Part shown: positions 55,255 through 64,000 of the stretch, one piece after another | How the letters are laid out: every line of letters begins with the position of its first letter | Numbering within the stretch: the stretch's first letter is position 1 | From: an uncultured bacterium | GTDB taxonomy: Bacteria; Acidobacteriota; Thermoanaerobaculia; Multivoradales; JAHZIX01 | Reading direction: 5' to 3' | Assembly: GCA_965368975.1 (NCBI GenBank) | Contig: CBDUPA010000011.1 | Coordinates: forward strand, 1-64,000 | Length of the DNA stretch: 64,000 nucleotides | Program-made: the position numbers and the translations under genes | The notes under the pieces: model-generated | What the model was told of the DNA's origin: nothing | The model's database searches: none | The model's input: the letters and a program-made list of their open reading frames with translations, nothing else

Positions 55255-56141
55255 ATGTACTTGAATTCCAAGATATCCACCGCGCCTATGTGCGTGGGCA
55301 GGATGTCCTGAGCGGCATCGACTTGATACTCGATGAGGGCGAAACGGTGGCACTGTTGGGACGTAACGGTGCGGGCAAGACGACGCTGCTGCGCATCGCC
55401 ATGGGCATGCTCGAAGCACAGCGAGGCACGGTGCGCGTTTTCGGCCTGGATCCGCGGAAGGACGCCGTCGAGGTCAAGCGGCGCATCGGTTACATGGCCG
55501 AGGACCAAGTGCTACCGGGCTTCATGCGCGTGCAGCAGGTGATCGACTTGCACCGCAGCCTGTTCGCAACCTGGGACGACATTCTTGCAGCCGAGTTGGA
55601 GCAGCGCTTCGGGCTCGATTCGCGGGCTCGCATCCGACAGCTATCCAAGGGGCAGGCGCGGCAGGTCGCGCTGCTCTGCGCCGTGGCGCACCGGCCGGAA
55701 CTGCTAATCCTAGACGAACCGGCGGGCGGCCTCGACCCTGCGGCACGGCGCGAGTTTCTAGAGGTTTCGATTCGTATGCTCAGCGACGGTGGCACCACCA
55801 TCCTGTTCTCGTCTCACCACCTATCCGATGTCGAGCGCATGGCTGATCGCGTCGTCATGCTGCGGGATCACGGTGTGCTGCTGGACAGTTCCTTGGAGCA
55901 ACTGCGGGAGGACTGCTCACTGGCCTTGCTGCCGGCAAACAGGGGCACGTACGAACACCTCCGGCAACTCCCCGGTTGCCTGACCGTGCGCCAGCGCGGC
56001 GACACCCTGCAAGCTCTCTTCCAGCGCCAGCCGCAGGCGTTGCAGCAAGAATTGCGCACCGAGTTCGGTGTGACGGACTTCAGCTGTGCTCCAAGCACAC
56101 TGGAAGACATGTTTGTCGAGTTGCTTGGCGACCGGAGCTGA
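55251..56141 (+). CDS. ABC transporter ATP-binding protein (YtrB-like)
   Basis: GRNGAGKTT, LSKGQ, LDEPAGGLDP, SSH. Confidence 0.92.
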   Translation: MNVLEFQDIHRAYVRGQDVLSGIDLILDEGETVALLGRNGAGKTTLLRIAMGMLEAQRGTVRVFGLDPRKDAVEVKRRIGYMAEDQVLPGFMRVQQVIDLHRSLFATWDDILAAELEQRFGLDSRARIRQLSKGQARQVALLCAVAHRPELLILDEPAGGLDPAARREFLEVSIRMLSDGGTTILFSSHHLSDVERMADRVVMLRDHGVLLDSSLEQLREDCSLALLPANRGTYEHLRQLPGCLTVRQRGDTLQALFQRQPQALQQELRTEFGVTDFSCAPSTLEDMFVELLGDRS

Positions 56142-56145
56142 GGTC

Positions 56146-57672
56146 ATGCTGAGACGCATTGTCAACGACGCCTCCCTACGCTCGCTACCCTTGTTGTTAC
56201 CCTTCAGCTTAGTAGCCAGCGTGCCGCTAACCGTCATCCTGTCTTGGCCCTTGACGCTCGCGCTACTTCGGTTCTGTCAGCTTCTGGGATTCAGTCCACC
56301 GCCAGAGCGCGAGATCCTGTGGTTGGTCGGACTGTGGGGACCACCTGTACTCTCTCTGTTGTGGTGCTGCGTACACCGTCGCTGCCTGGCCTTTGAGCTC
56401 GCCTTGCCGCTGTCGGCCCGGAGACTCTGGCTGAGTCGGTTGCTCTCGGTGCTCCTGGCCACAGCTCTGGTTACTGCTACTGCGATTCTGTGTCTCGTTC
56501 TGGTACGTACCCTGTTGGCTCACGGACCGTTCGTGCCCGAGATGGATATCCTGGCTTTTTCTCTCCGCCTCGGTACCGTTGTGATCCTCGCCACTGTGCT
56601 GCTTGCGGCGCGGCACCTTGAACTAGCTTTCCGGTGTCCGGATGGACCGATGAGAACCGCCGAGATGCTGGTCCTCTGGATCGCAGGGCTGGGTGGACTC
56701 CTGTTGCTGCAGGCACTGCCTCTGGCCGCATCTCTTGTACCTTTGGTCCTAGCAGTTACCGTCGGTGTTGCCAGCTATCGCGCTTTGCCAGCCACCTTCT
56801 CGATGCTGCCGTTGGCACCAGCCTCTGAGCCGGCGCTCAGCGTACCCCCGGCTGACGGTGCGTTGCCCGGGGCCGTGCCGGTATTTCCTACAGCTGGGCG
56901 GTTTCACACTCCTGGCCGGGTCGGTACGGGCGGCTTCTGGCTGCTGCTCCTCACCTTCTGGCGTACTCCTTATGTCAAGGGGGCGATGCCTTGCTGGGTT
57001 CTCTTCCTACCAGTCCTGATGTTCTTCGGTGTGCTGCAGTCGGGCACGCAGGGGTTCGGCCTGAGCGAGGCAGACCTACGCCTGAATTACGCCTTGATGG
57101 CCTGGTACCTGCCACTGGTCTTCGTCTGGCCGGTGCTACACAACCTCAAGATTTTCTCTGCTCTGCCGGTGTCCCGGCGGCTGGTGCTGGCGCTGTGGAC
57201 GGTGCCCGTCGTGTTGATGGTTGTAGCCGGCTACGCCCTCGGCCGCCTCGTTTCCTCGGAGACGGCACGGGCAGGGGACGAGCAGAGCTTCCTGCCGTTG
57301 CTCGTGCTGGTCATGTTGGTGCCCTGGCTGCTCGAGGTGGCGATTCTGGCCCGCACCTTCCGCTCCGACGTCAGCAAGCTGCAGCGAACGGTCTGTCTGT
57401 GGTCGCTGCTCGCAGTCTCGTTGCTGGGCTTCGTGGGCATGCCGGTTGCCGACCTGGCCGGCGTCATGGAAATGGAAGAGCCAACCGCCCGCTTGCACAT
57501 GCTGGCGTCGCAACTGACCGCACAGGAGCCTGGCCGCACACTGCTGCTGTGGGGTTTCGTGCTCGCTGCCGTTGCGCTGGCCTATCGGTTCGCTAGCCAG
57601 CAGTTCAACCGCCTCGATGCGGTGTCGCCGGACATCTCGAAGGTGGTGAGTGCGCTTGGCGATCGGGGCTAG
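56146..57672 (+). CDS. multi-pass membrane protein, probable ABC permease (two-repeat)
   Basis: About 12 TM segments; repeated ALPLSARR / ALPVSRR motif; follows the ATPase gene. Confidence 0.7.
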   Translation: MLRRIVNDASLRSLPLLLPFSLVASVPLTVILSWPLTLALLRFCQLLGFSPPPEREILWLVGLWGPPVLSLLWCCVHRRCLAFELALPLSARRLWLSRLLSVLLATALVTATAILCLVLVRTLLAHGPFVPEMDILAFSLRLGTVVILATVLLAARHLELAFRCPDGPMRTAEMLVLWIAGLGGLLLLQALPLAASLVPLVLAVTVGVASYRALPATFSMLPLAPASEPALSVPPADGALPGAVPVFPTAGRFHTPGRVGTGGFWLLLLTFWRTPYVKGAMPCWVLFLPVLMFFGVLQSGTQGFGLSEADLRLNYALMAWYLPLVFVWPVLHNLKIFSALPVSRRLVLALWTVPVVLMVVAGYALGRLVSSETARAGDEQSFLPLLVLVMLVPWLLEVAILARTFRSDVSKLQRTVCLWSLLAVSLLGFVGMPVADLAGVMEMEEPTARLHMLASQLTAQEPGRTLLLWGFVLAAVALAYRFASQQFNRLDAVSPDISKVVSALGDRG

Positions 57673-57799
57673 CAGTAGAAAAGGCCCCCTACTTCCAGTT
57701 CGCTGTTCCTGGCCCAAAGAAGATCGATCCAAGAATCATGGTGAAATCCCGCCTCCCCGGCACGCTCTCGACGAGAGCCAAGAATTCGTATCGATATTC

Positions 57800-60700
57800 T
57801 CAGCTCAACAGAACTTCCAAATCCTCCCGCGTCAACTCCTGCAACGGCCCACTATCCGTCCGAATAATCGCATCCGCCAGATCCCGCTTCTGCTGTTGCA
57901 GCTCGATGATCTTCTCTTCCACCGTTCCCTTGCAGATCAACCTGTACGCAAACACATGACGCGTCTGCCCGATCCGATGGGCACGGTCGATGGCTTGGGC
58001 TTCGATCGCCGGGTTCCACCACGGATCCAGAATAAACACGTAGTCGGCCGCCGTCAGGTTCAACCCCAGCCCACCAGCCTTTAGCGAAATCAGGAAGACC
58101 GGCGGGCCGTCGTCGCTCTGGAAGTTCTCGACGCGCTCTTGACGGTTGCGTGTCTGGCCGTCCAGGTACTCGTACTGCAACCCGGCTTGGTCGAGCGCCT
58201 TGCGCACCAGAGCCAGCAGGCTGGTGAACTGGGAGAACACCAGTGCGCGGTGACCCTGGTCACACACTTCCAGGAGCTGCGGCAGCAGAACTTCGAGCTT
58301 GGCGCTCGCCTCGCTCCGATGGTCCTCGGCGACCAGGGCAGGGTGACAGGCGACTTGACGGAGGCGGAGCAGGGCTTCGAGGACCTGCATCCTGGAGCGG
58401 TTGAGGCCCTGACTGTCGATCTTCTGCAGCAGCGAGCCGCGGTAGTAGTCGCGCATCTCGTCGTACAGCTCGCGCTGGCGCGGCTTCATGTCGCAGTAGA
58501 GGGTCTGCTCGATCTTTTCCGGTAGATCCGGGGCCACCTGTTCCTTGGTGCGGCGCAGGATGAAGGGGCGCACGGCTTTGGCCAGGAGCTCGCGGCTGGC
58601 GGCGTCGGTGCCGTTGCCGTTGCCGAGGACGTCCTTGAAGCGACCATCGCTGCCCAGCATGCCGGGGTTGAGGAATTCGAACAGCGACCACAGCTCGCCC
58701 AGGTGGTTCTCGATCGGCGTGCCGGAGAGGGCTAGGCGGTTGCGGCCGCGCAGCAGGCGGGCGGCCTTGGCGGACTGGCTGGAAGGGTTCTTGATCGCCT
58801 GGGCTTCGTCCAGGATCACGTAGTCGAAGTCGTGTTCCTGGAACACCAAGACGTCGCGGCGCAGGATGCCGTAGGTGGTGATGATCAGGTGGTGTTCGGC
58901 GATCTGCTTGCGCAGGCCCTCGCGGTGGATGCCGGTGTAGTCGAGGGTGGTCAGGCGCGGGGTGAAGCGGGCGGCTTCGCGCAGCCAGTTGAAGACCAGG
59001 GAGCGGGGCACGACGACCAGGCTGGTGCCGGTGGTGTTGCGGGCCCGGCGACGCTCTTCGAGGAGGGCGAGTACTTGCACGGTCTTGCCCAACCCCATGT
59101 CGTCGGCCAGGCAGCCGCCGAAGCCGAAGTCGCGCAGGAACTGGAACCAGCCGAGGGCCTGACGTTGGTATTCGCGCAGCATGCCGCGGAACGTGGTGGG
59201 CTCGCGACGTGCGCGTACGCCTTCGAATTTCTGCAGGCGGCGGCGGAAGCCGTGGAAGCGGCCGTCTTGTTGGACTTCCGGCAGCGTGGCGAGCAGGGAG
59301 TCGAGCAGGGCGCCCTGGGAGGCATTGAAGCGAACGTGACCGTCTTCTTCTTCGCCCAGGGCTGCCAGCAGGCCGCAGCGCTTGAGCCAGTCTTCGGGCA
59401 GCAGGCCGACGGAGCCGTCGCCGAGCTGCACGGTGTTGTGGCCGGCGCGGACGGCGGCCAGCAGGCGCGGCAGCGGTACGGGTTCACCCTCGAACTCGAT
59501 CTCACCGCGCAGTTCGAACCAGTCAGCTCCAGACGACAGGGCGAGCTGGAACTGACCGATCGGTCGGTGGATCTTGCCGTCAGCCTCGACGCGCCAACCT
59601 TCCTCGAGCAGGTCGCGCACCAGCTCCGGGAAGCGGCGCGGGGTCAAGTAGGCGTCGTAGGGGTCTTCCTCGGCGCCCAGCCGGGCGCCCATGTTGGCCA
59701 AGTGTTGCAGTGCTTTGGCCTCGGCCTGCGGCTGACGGGCCAGCAGTTCGCGGCCGTCCTCGCGGCGCACCAGCGGCCGAGGGTCGCGCAGGCGGACTTG
59801 CTGGCCGTCGTAGTTGAAGCACAGCAGGCACCCGACACGGCGCCGCACCGAGCCGTCGCGGGTGTCGACTTCGGCGACCACGTGCGGCTGCGGCTCGACG
59901 TCGTGCTTCAGCCGCCAGTCGTCGGGCAGCTCGAGTAGGGGTTGGCTGGGCAGGTCGAGGATCGCCTCGATCAGTGCTTCTTTCTCTTTCGGGCCGGCCT
60001 CCAGTACTTGCTCCTGCCGCAGCAGCGTGACCCAGGCGAAGGCGCCCCGGTGGTCGAAGGCGGCGACGTGGCCGTCGGCGAACAGCTGACCGTACATCAG
60101 CAGCAACTCTGGTTCGCCGAGGTCCATGTACTCGTCGCTGTCGTTGCCGTTGCTGTTTTCGGGGCCGCGCGGGCGGCGCAGGAAGCCACGAACCTGGCAG
60201 CCCTCGTCGTTGGTGCTGATGCGCAAGCCCAGGACCCACGGCGGGCCGTCGTGCCACTCCAGCGGTGTCTCGCCCAACTCACCGTTGCGCCGCAGGTGGA
60301 AACGGCCGGTGCGGCACAGTAACGGCATCAGGAGGCCAGCGTTGCTGTCGTCGAGTAGGTAGCTAGGGCTGGACGGTTCCTGCGACACGCCGAAGAAGCG
60401 GTCTTCGTCCGAGCGGGCGCCGCGCAGTGCGCTGAGGATCTGACGATCGCGCGGGTCGGGCAGCTGCAGGATCTCTTCCGGCGCTGCTCGGAACGCCTTG
60501 AGTACGCCCCAGTTGCCATTGCTCTTGCGCTGGCGGCTGTGCAGCTCGAGCACGGGTGTGCCCGCGTCGACGGCACCGTCGACATCGAGCACGTAGACGA
60601 TCTCACCGCGATCGAGGGGACGGTAGGCGGGTTGCGACTCTTGCAGCCGGGTGCGCAACCGGCTGAGCTGGGTCTGCCAGCGCGGTACCGTTTCCTCTTC

Positions 60701-61051
60701 GAGGCTGGCGATTTCTTCTTCCAGGAAGTCGGCCAGCTGCAGGGGGCGCAAGAAGCCGCCGGGCTCGATCCGCAGCCACGGCAGGCCCTTGGAGTCCAGC
60801 TCGAGCAAGGTTGCCCACAGGTGGCGGCAGGAGTCGTTGCGCTCGAAACTATTGCAGGTACAGAACGCCCCGTATTCACGTCCGCTGTCGGGGTTGAGGT
60901 AGACGCGGCAGATCTCGTCGCCGGTGACCTCGGCCATGAGTAGCGCAGGACGGGTGACCAATAGCCGCACCTGGCCCGAGCGGAAGTGGTGTTGACCACG
61001 AGCGCGAACCTGCGGCGCGAAGTCTTTATGAAGGGCTTGCGCTAGCGACAT
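57800..61051 (-). CDS. SNF2/SWI2-family helicase with N-terminal SWIM zinc finger
   Basis: CTC...CRH SWIM; LADDMGLGKT, DEAQ, SGTPIEN, DPWWNPAIEAQAIDRAHRIGQ. Confidence 0.95.
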   Translation of the reverse strand: MSLAQALHKDFAPQVRARGQHHFRSGQVRLLVTRPALLMAEVTGDEICRVYLNPDSGREYGAFCTCNSFERNDSCRHLWATLLELDSKGLPWLRIEPGGFLRPLQLADFLEEEIASLEEETVPRWQTQLSRLRTRLQESQPAYRPLDRGEIVYVLDVDGAVDAGTPVLELHSRQRKSNGNWGVLKAFRAAPEEILQLPDPRDRQILSALRGARSDEDRFFGVSQEPSSPSYLLDDSNAGLLMPLLCRTGRFHLRRNGELGETPLEWHDGPPWVLGLRISTNDEGCQVRGFLRRPRGPENSNGNDSDEYMDLGEPELLLMYGQLFADGHVAAFDHRGAFAWVTLLRQEQVLEAGPKEKEALIEAILDLPSQPLLELPDDWRLKHDVEPQPHVVAEVDTRDGSVRRRVGCLLCFNYDGQQVRLRDPRPLVRREDGRELLARQPQAEAKALQHLANMGARLGAEEDPYDAYLTPRRFPELVRDLLEEGWRVEADGKIHRPIGQFQLALSSGADWFELRGEIEFEGEPVPLPRLLAAVRAGHNTVQLGDGSVGLLPEDWLKRCGLLAALGEEEDGHVRFNASQGALLDSLLATLPEVQQDGRFHGFRRRLQKFEGVRARREPTTFRGMLREYQRQALGWFQFLRDFGFGGCLADDMGLGKTVQVLALLEERRRARNTTGTSLVVVPRSLVFNWLREAARFTPRLTTLDYTGIHREGLRKQIAEHHLIITTYGILRRDVLVFQEHDFDYVILDEAQAIKNPSSQSAKAARLLRGRNRLALSGTPIENHLGELWSLFEFLNPGMLGSDGRFKDVLGNGNGTDAASRELLAKAVRPFILRRTKEQVAPDLPEKIEQTLYCDMKPRQRELYDEMRDYYRGSLLQKIDSQGLNRSRMQVLEALLRLRQVACHPALVAEDHRSEASAKLEVLLPQLLEVCDQGHRALVFSQFTSLLALVRKALDQAGLQYEYLDGQTRNRQERVENFQSDDGPPVFLISLKAGGLGLNLTAADYVFILDPWWNPAIEAQAIDRAHRIGQTRHVFAYRLICKGTVEEKIIELQQQKRDLADAIIRTDSGPLQELTREDLEVLLS

Positions 61052-61225
61052 TTAGCGGATGTGTAACAACATTGTTGAGGGCTGGTCTGCAGGGGCCAAG
61101 GCAGAAGTATATCATCTTTACGCAAATTAGACCACCTGGACGAGAAGCCTTGCCGGCACGTGTGCACCGGCAAGGAGGTCATGCGGAGCCTCTGCTGCAA
61201 GAGCTCTCGGAGGTCCGCGAGCTCG

Positions 61226-61888
61226 TCAATTCGGTGGTGTTTCTTCTGCGGACGCACCGTCGGGCTGTGACATCTCGGCTTCGGCAGCTGCGCTGGCGGC
61301 AGCATTGGCTGCCGCCGCGGCTTCGGTCTGGAGTTGCTGCTGGCGCTCGGCCAGGGCTTGTTGCAGCTCGCCGTAGTGTGCCTGCACCCGGCTCATGCCG
61401 ATGCCGTTGGTCTCGGTGATCAGGCCGGGTAGGGCTTCGAGCATCTTCTGGCCGGTGGGGGTGCGGTAGAAGGCGCTGATCTCGCGCATCTCGGCTTCGG
61501 AGAAGGTGCGCGCGTAGAGAGTCACGAACTCGTTCTTCAGCTGCTCCCAGCTGAGATAGGTCTCGAAGAAATCTTCCAGAACGTCGCGCATCGGTGCCAG
61601 TTGCGGGTTGCGCTGCACCTGCACGTCGATCATCTGGCGCATTGACAGGTCGAGGGTGTCGTTCATGCCCATGATCTTGATCATCTCGAGCGCGGCTTCG
61701 CGCTGGCTGTCGCTGACGTCGGTGCTCTGCTCGGCAGCGGCGTCGACGCCGGCGGGCGTGGTGCTCACGGTGGCGCTCAAGCCGCCCTGCGCCTGAGCAG
61801 GCAGAGCGAGGATCAGGGCGACAACGATGAGACCTGGGACGATATGGCGAAGCAGCAGGGGCTGGCTGGGGTAGGTGTTTTGTGGCAT
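61226..61888 (-). CDS. DUF2059-domain exported protein
   Basis: Signal peptide; YARTFSEAEMREISAFYRTPTGQK. Confidence 0.82.
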   Translation of the reverse strand: MPQNTYPSQPLLLRHIVPGLIVVALILALPAQAQGGLSATVSTTPAGVDAAAEQSTDVSDSQREAALEMIKIMGMNDTLDLSMRQMIDVQVQRNPQLAPMRDVLEDFFETYLSWEQLKNEFVTLYARTFSEAEMREISAFYRTPTGQKMLEALPGLITETNGIGMSRVQAHYGELQQALAERQQQLQTEAAAAANAAASAAAEAEMSQPDGASAEETPPN

Positions 61889-62018
61889 GGGGGTTTCCTC
61901 CGGCGAAGCGGGTTCTCGATGTTGAATTCATTAGCTTACCTCAACATGTCCGGAAGCGGTGACAGTCGGGATGCTTGTAGCTGCCGGGGACCAGGGAAAG
62001 TCGCTATACTGCCGCGCC

Positions 62019-63503
62019 ATGAGTTCCTTGCCGACCACTGTCCATACCGCCGAGCGCCGCGCCAAGATCATGGCGACTCTCGGTCCCGCCTCGAACACGC
62101 CGGACGTCCTGCGCAGCCTGATCCAGGCTGGGGTCAACATCGTTCGTCTCAACCTGTCGCACGGCACCCACAAGCAGCATGCCGCGGTGGTGCGCTCGGT
62201 GCGGGCGCTGGCAGAGGAGCTGCGCCGCTACGTGCCAGTGGTCGTGGACCTGATGGGACCGCGCTACCGCCTGGGACAGGTGATCGACGGTCCACGCGTG
62301 CTCGACGTTGGGGACACCGTGCAGCTGGGGCCGCCGGAGACGGGGGTCGACCTGCCGGTTGAGGATGCCGAGATCGTCGGCTATCTGCAGCCTGGGGAGC
62401 GTGTGCTGATCGACAATGGTCTGATCGAGCTGCGGGTCGAGTCCCGGCAGGACGAGCATGTGCTGTGCCGTGTGGTGCACGGCGGCTCGGTCACCACGCG
62501 CAAGGGCATCAATCTGCCGGACACCGACCTGCCGTTCCACATTTCGGAAAAGGATGAGGCCGACATTCGCTTCGCGATCGCGATCGAGGCAGACTTGATC
62601 GCGGCCAGTTACGTCGGTCGCGCGCAGCACGTGCACGACGTGCGGGCACGCATCGTGGCGGCTGGCGGAGACCTGCCGGTGATCGCCAAGCTGGAGCGCG
62701 CGGCGGCGGTGGAGGACAGCAACCTTCGCGCCATTCTGGGAGCCGCCAATGGAGTCATGGTGGCGCGTGGTGATCTCGGGGTCGAGGTGCCGCTGGACCA
62801 AGTACCGGTGCTGCAGAAGAAGATCATCGCCGCCGGTCGCCGCGCGGGGCGGCCGGTGATCGTCGCGACGCAGATGATCGAGTCGATGATGGAGCAGCCG
62901 CGGCCCACGCGTGCCGAAGTGTCGGACATCGCCAACGCCGTTTTCGACGGGGCCGATGTCCTGATGCTGTCCGGGGAGACGGCTGCCGGCCGGTATCCGG
63001 TCGAGGCGGTGCAGACGATGGCGCGCATCATCCAGGAGGCCGAGGCGTACCAGGAGGGTGTCACGGACTACAGCCTGGGCCCGATGGAGGTCGCCAGCGA
63101 CGCGCTGGAAGAGAACCTGGACATTTCCAACGCCGTCTCGGCCGCCGCTGCGCGCGCCGCCGAGATGATCGACGTCAAGTACATCGTCGCCTTCAGCCAG
63201 GGCGGCTTCACGGCGCGTCTGGTGACCCGCTACCGACCGCAGGTGCCCGTCCTCGCCTTCACCGTTTCCGTGCGTCTGGCGCGCCGGCTACAAACGTTGT
63301 GGGGGGTGCAGCCGATCGTGCTGGAGCAGAAGGTGGAGCACCACGACGAGGTTGCGGCGCTGGTGGATCGCTACCTGCGCGAGTCCGGTCTGGCGCAGCC
63401 CGGTGATGCGCTCATCCTGCTGATGGGTGATCCGATTTCCGAGCGTCCGCGCACCAATCTGCTGCGCGTCCATCGCGTCCGCGCTGCCGATCCCGAGTCC
63501 TGA
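62019..63503 (+). CDS. pyk: pyruvate kinase
   Basis: KIMATLGPAS, RLNLSHG, KGINLP, IAKLE, MVARGDLGVE, ATQM, PTRAE, MLSGETA. Confidence 0.96.
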   Translation: MSSLPTTVHTAERRAKIMATLGPASNTPDVLRSLIQAGVNIVRLNLSHGTHKQHAAVVRSVRALAEELRRYVPVVVDLMGPRYRLGQVIDGPRVLDVGDTVQLGPPETGVDLPVEDAEIVGYLQPGERVLIDNGLIELRVESRQDEHVLCRVVHGGSVTTRKGINLPDTDLPFHISEKDEADIRFAIAIEADLIAASYVGRAQHVHDVRARIVAAGGDLPVIAKLERAAAVEDSNLRAILGAANGVMVARGDLGVEVPLDQVPVLQKKIIAAGRRAGRPVIVATQMIESMMEQPRPTRAEVSDIANAVFDGADVLMLSGETAAGRYPVEAVQTMARIIQEAEAYQEGVTDYSLGPMEVASDALEENLDISNAVSAAAARAAEMIDVKYIVAFSQGGFTARLVTRYRPQVPVLAFTVSVRLARRLQTLWGVQPIVLEQKVEHHDEVAALVDRYLRESGLAQPGDALILLMGDPISERPRTNLLRVHRVRAADPES

Positions 63504-63508
63504 AGCTC

Positions 63509-64000
63509 GTGGAGACGAGCGAAGCCAAGGCTGTCGCCGGCCGGCTGACCCGACCTCCGCATCCGCGGCTGTTCGAGCTGCTCTACGCCCCTGCCTTCGA
63601 GGCGGATCGCGAGCGGACGTTGCCGTGGCTGCTCGACATCGATGCCGCGCACCTGGTGATGTTGGGACAGCAGTCGTTGCTGCCGGCGGACACGGTGGCA
63701 GACCTGCTCGGCGTCAACCGCGATCTGGCGCGCCGCTGCGCGCGGCAGGGCGCGGCGGCGGTTCTGCCGGCGCCGCCGGTCCACCGCGGCCTGTACCTGC
63801 TCTATGAGCAGCAGTACATCGACCGCCTGGGTCCCGAGCGCGGAGGTGCGGCGCACCTGGCGCGCAGTCGCAACGACATCAACGCCGCGCTCGTGCGTTT
63901 GCGTCTACGTGAGGGGCTCACCGAGCATCTGGACGCCGCGCTCGACCTGCTCGCTGCCGCCGCGCGTCTGGGGCACGCGCACGTCGAGACGGTGATGAGT
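63509..64000 (+). CDS. argininosuccinate-lyase-like protein (partial, runs off the window; absent from the ORF track)
   Basis: My translation from GTG 63509: METSEAKAVAGRL...IDAAHLVML...RGLYLLYEQ...HLARSRND...HVETVMS. Confidence 0.85.
   Translation, partial: METSEAKAVAGRLTRPPHPRLFELLYAPAFEADRERTLPWLLDIDAAHLVMLGQQSLLPADTVADLLGVNRDLARRCARQGAAAVLPAPPVHRGLYLLYEQQYIDRLGPERGGAAHLARSRNDINAALVRLRLREGLTEHLDAALDLLAAAARLGHAHVETVMS

Noticed and set aside
57800-61051. SNF2 helicase as part of an anti-phage system
   Set aside because: SWIM-SNF2 architecture with no methylase, nuclease or other defence partners adjacent.

Overview
High-GC bacterial window. An IPTL-CTERM motif, CRTAC1/TPR pairs and a TIGR02999-type ECF/kinase pair suggest Acidobacteriota, possibly Thermoanaerobaculia (inference). 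About 35 genes; no rRNA, tRNA, CRISPR array or integrase seen. Main points: (1) A six-gene coupled operon (7705-20815) mixes ABC and RND parts. One RND-like subunit lacks the proton-relay motifs and is fused in frame to an intact ABC ATPase, and the operon also has an ABC permease with a dead M1-peptidase-like domain. (2) A 2947-aa RHS protein starts with signal peptide, cohesin, IPTL-CTERM anchor, a second signal peptide and a dockerin. It looks like a polyprotein encoding both a surface anchor and the RHS cargo that docks onto it, and lies divergent from an ECF sigma/Ser-Thr kinase pair. (3) A minimal two-gene PKS (ACP-KS-AT-AT plus ACP-aminotransferase). (4) A 9.1-kb integrase-free segment bounded by a 191-bp duplication of the SNF2 helicase 3' end, carrying a full sigma-54 promoter layout and a pseudo-receiver enhancer-binding protein. 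(5) Smaller signals: chained ATGA-coupled micro-ORFs ahead of srkA, a DnaA-box-like cluster and a YtrA operator. All calls come from reading motifs by eye; no database searches were run.
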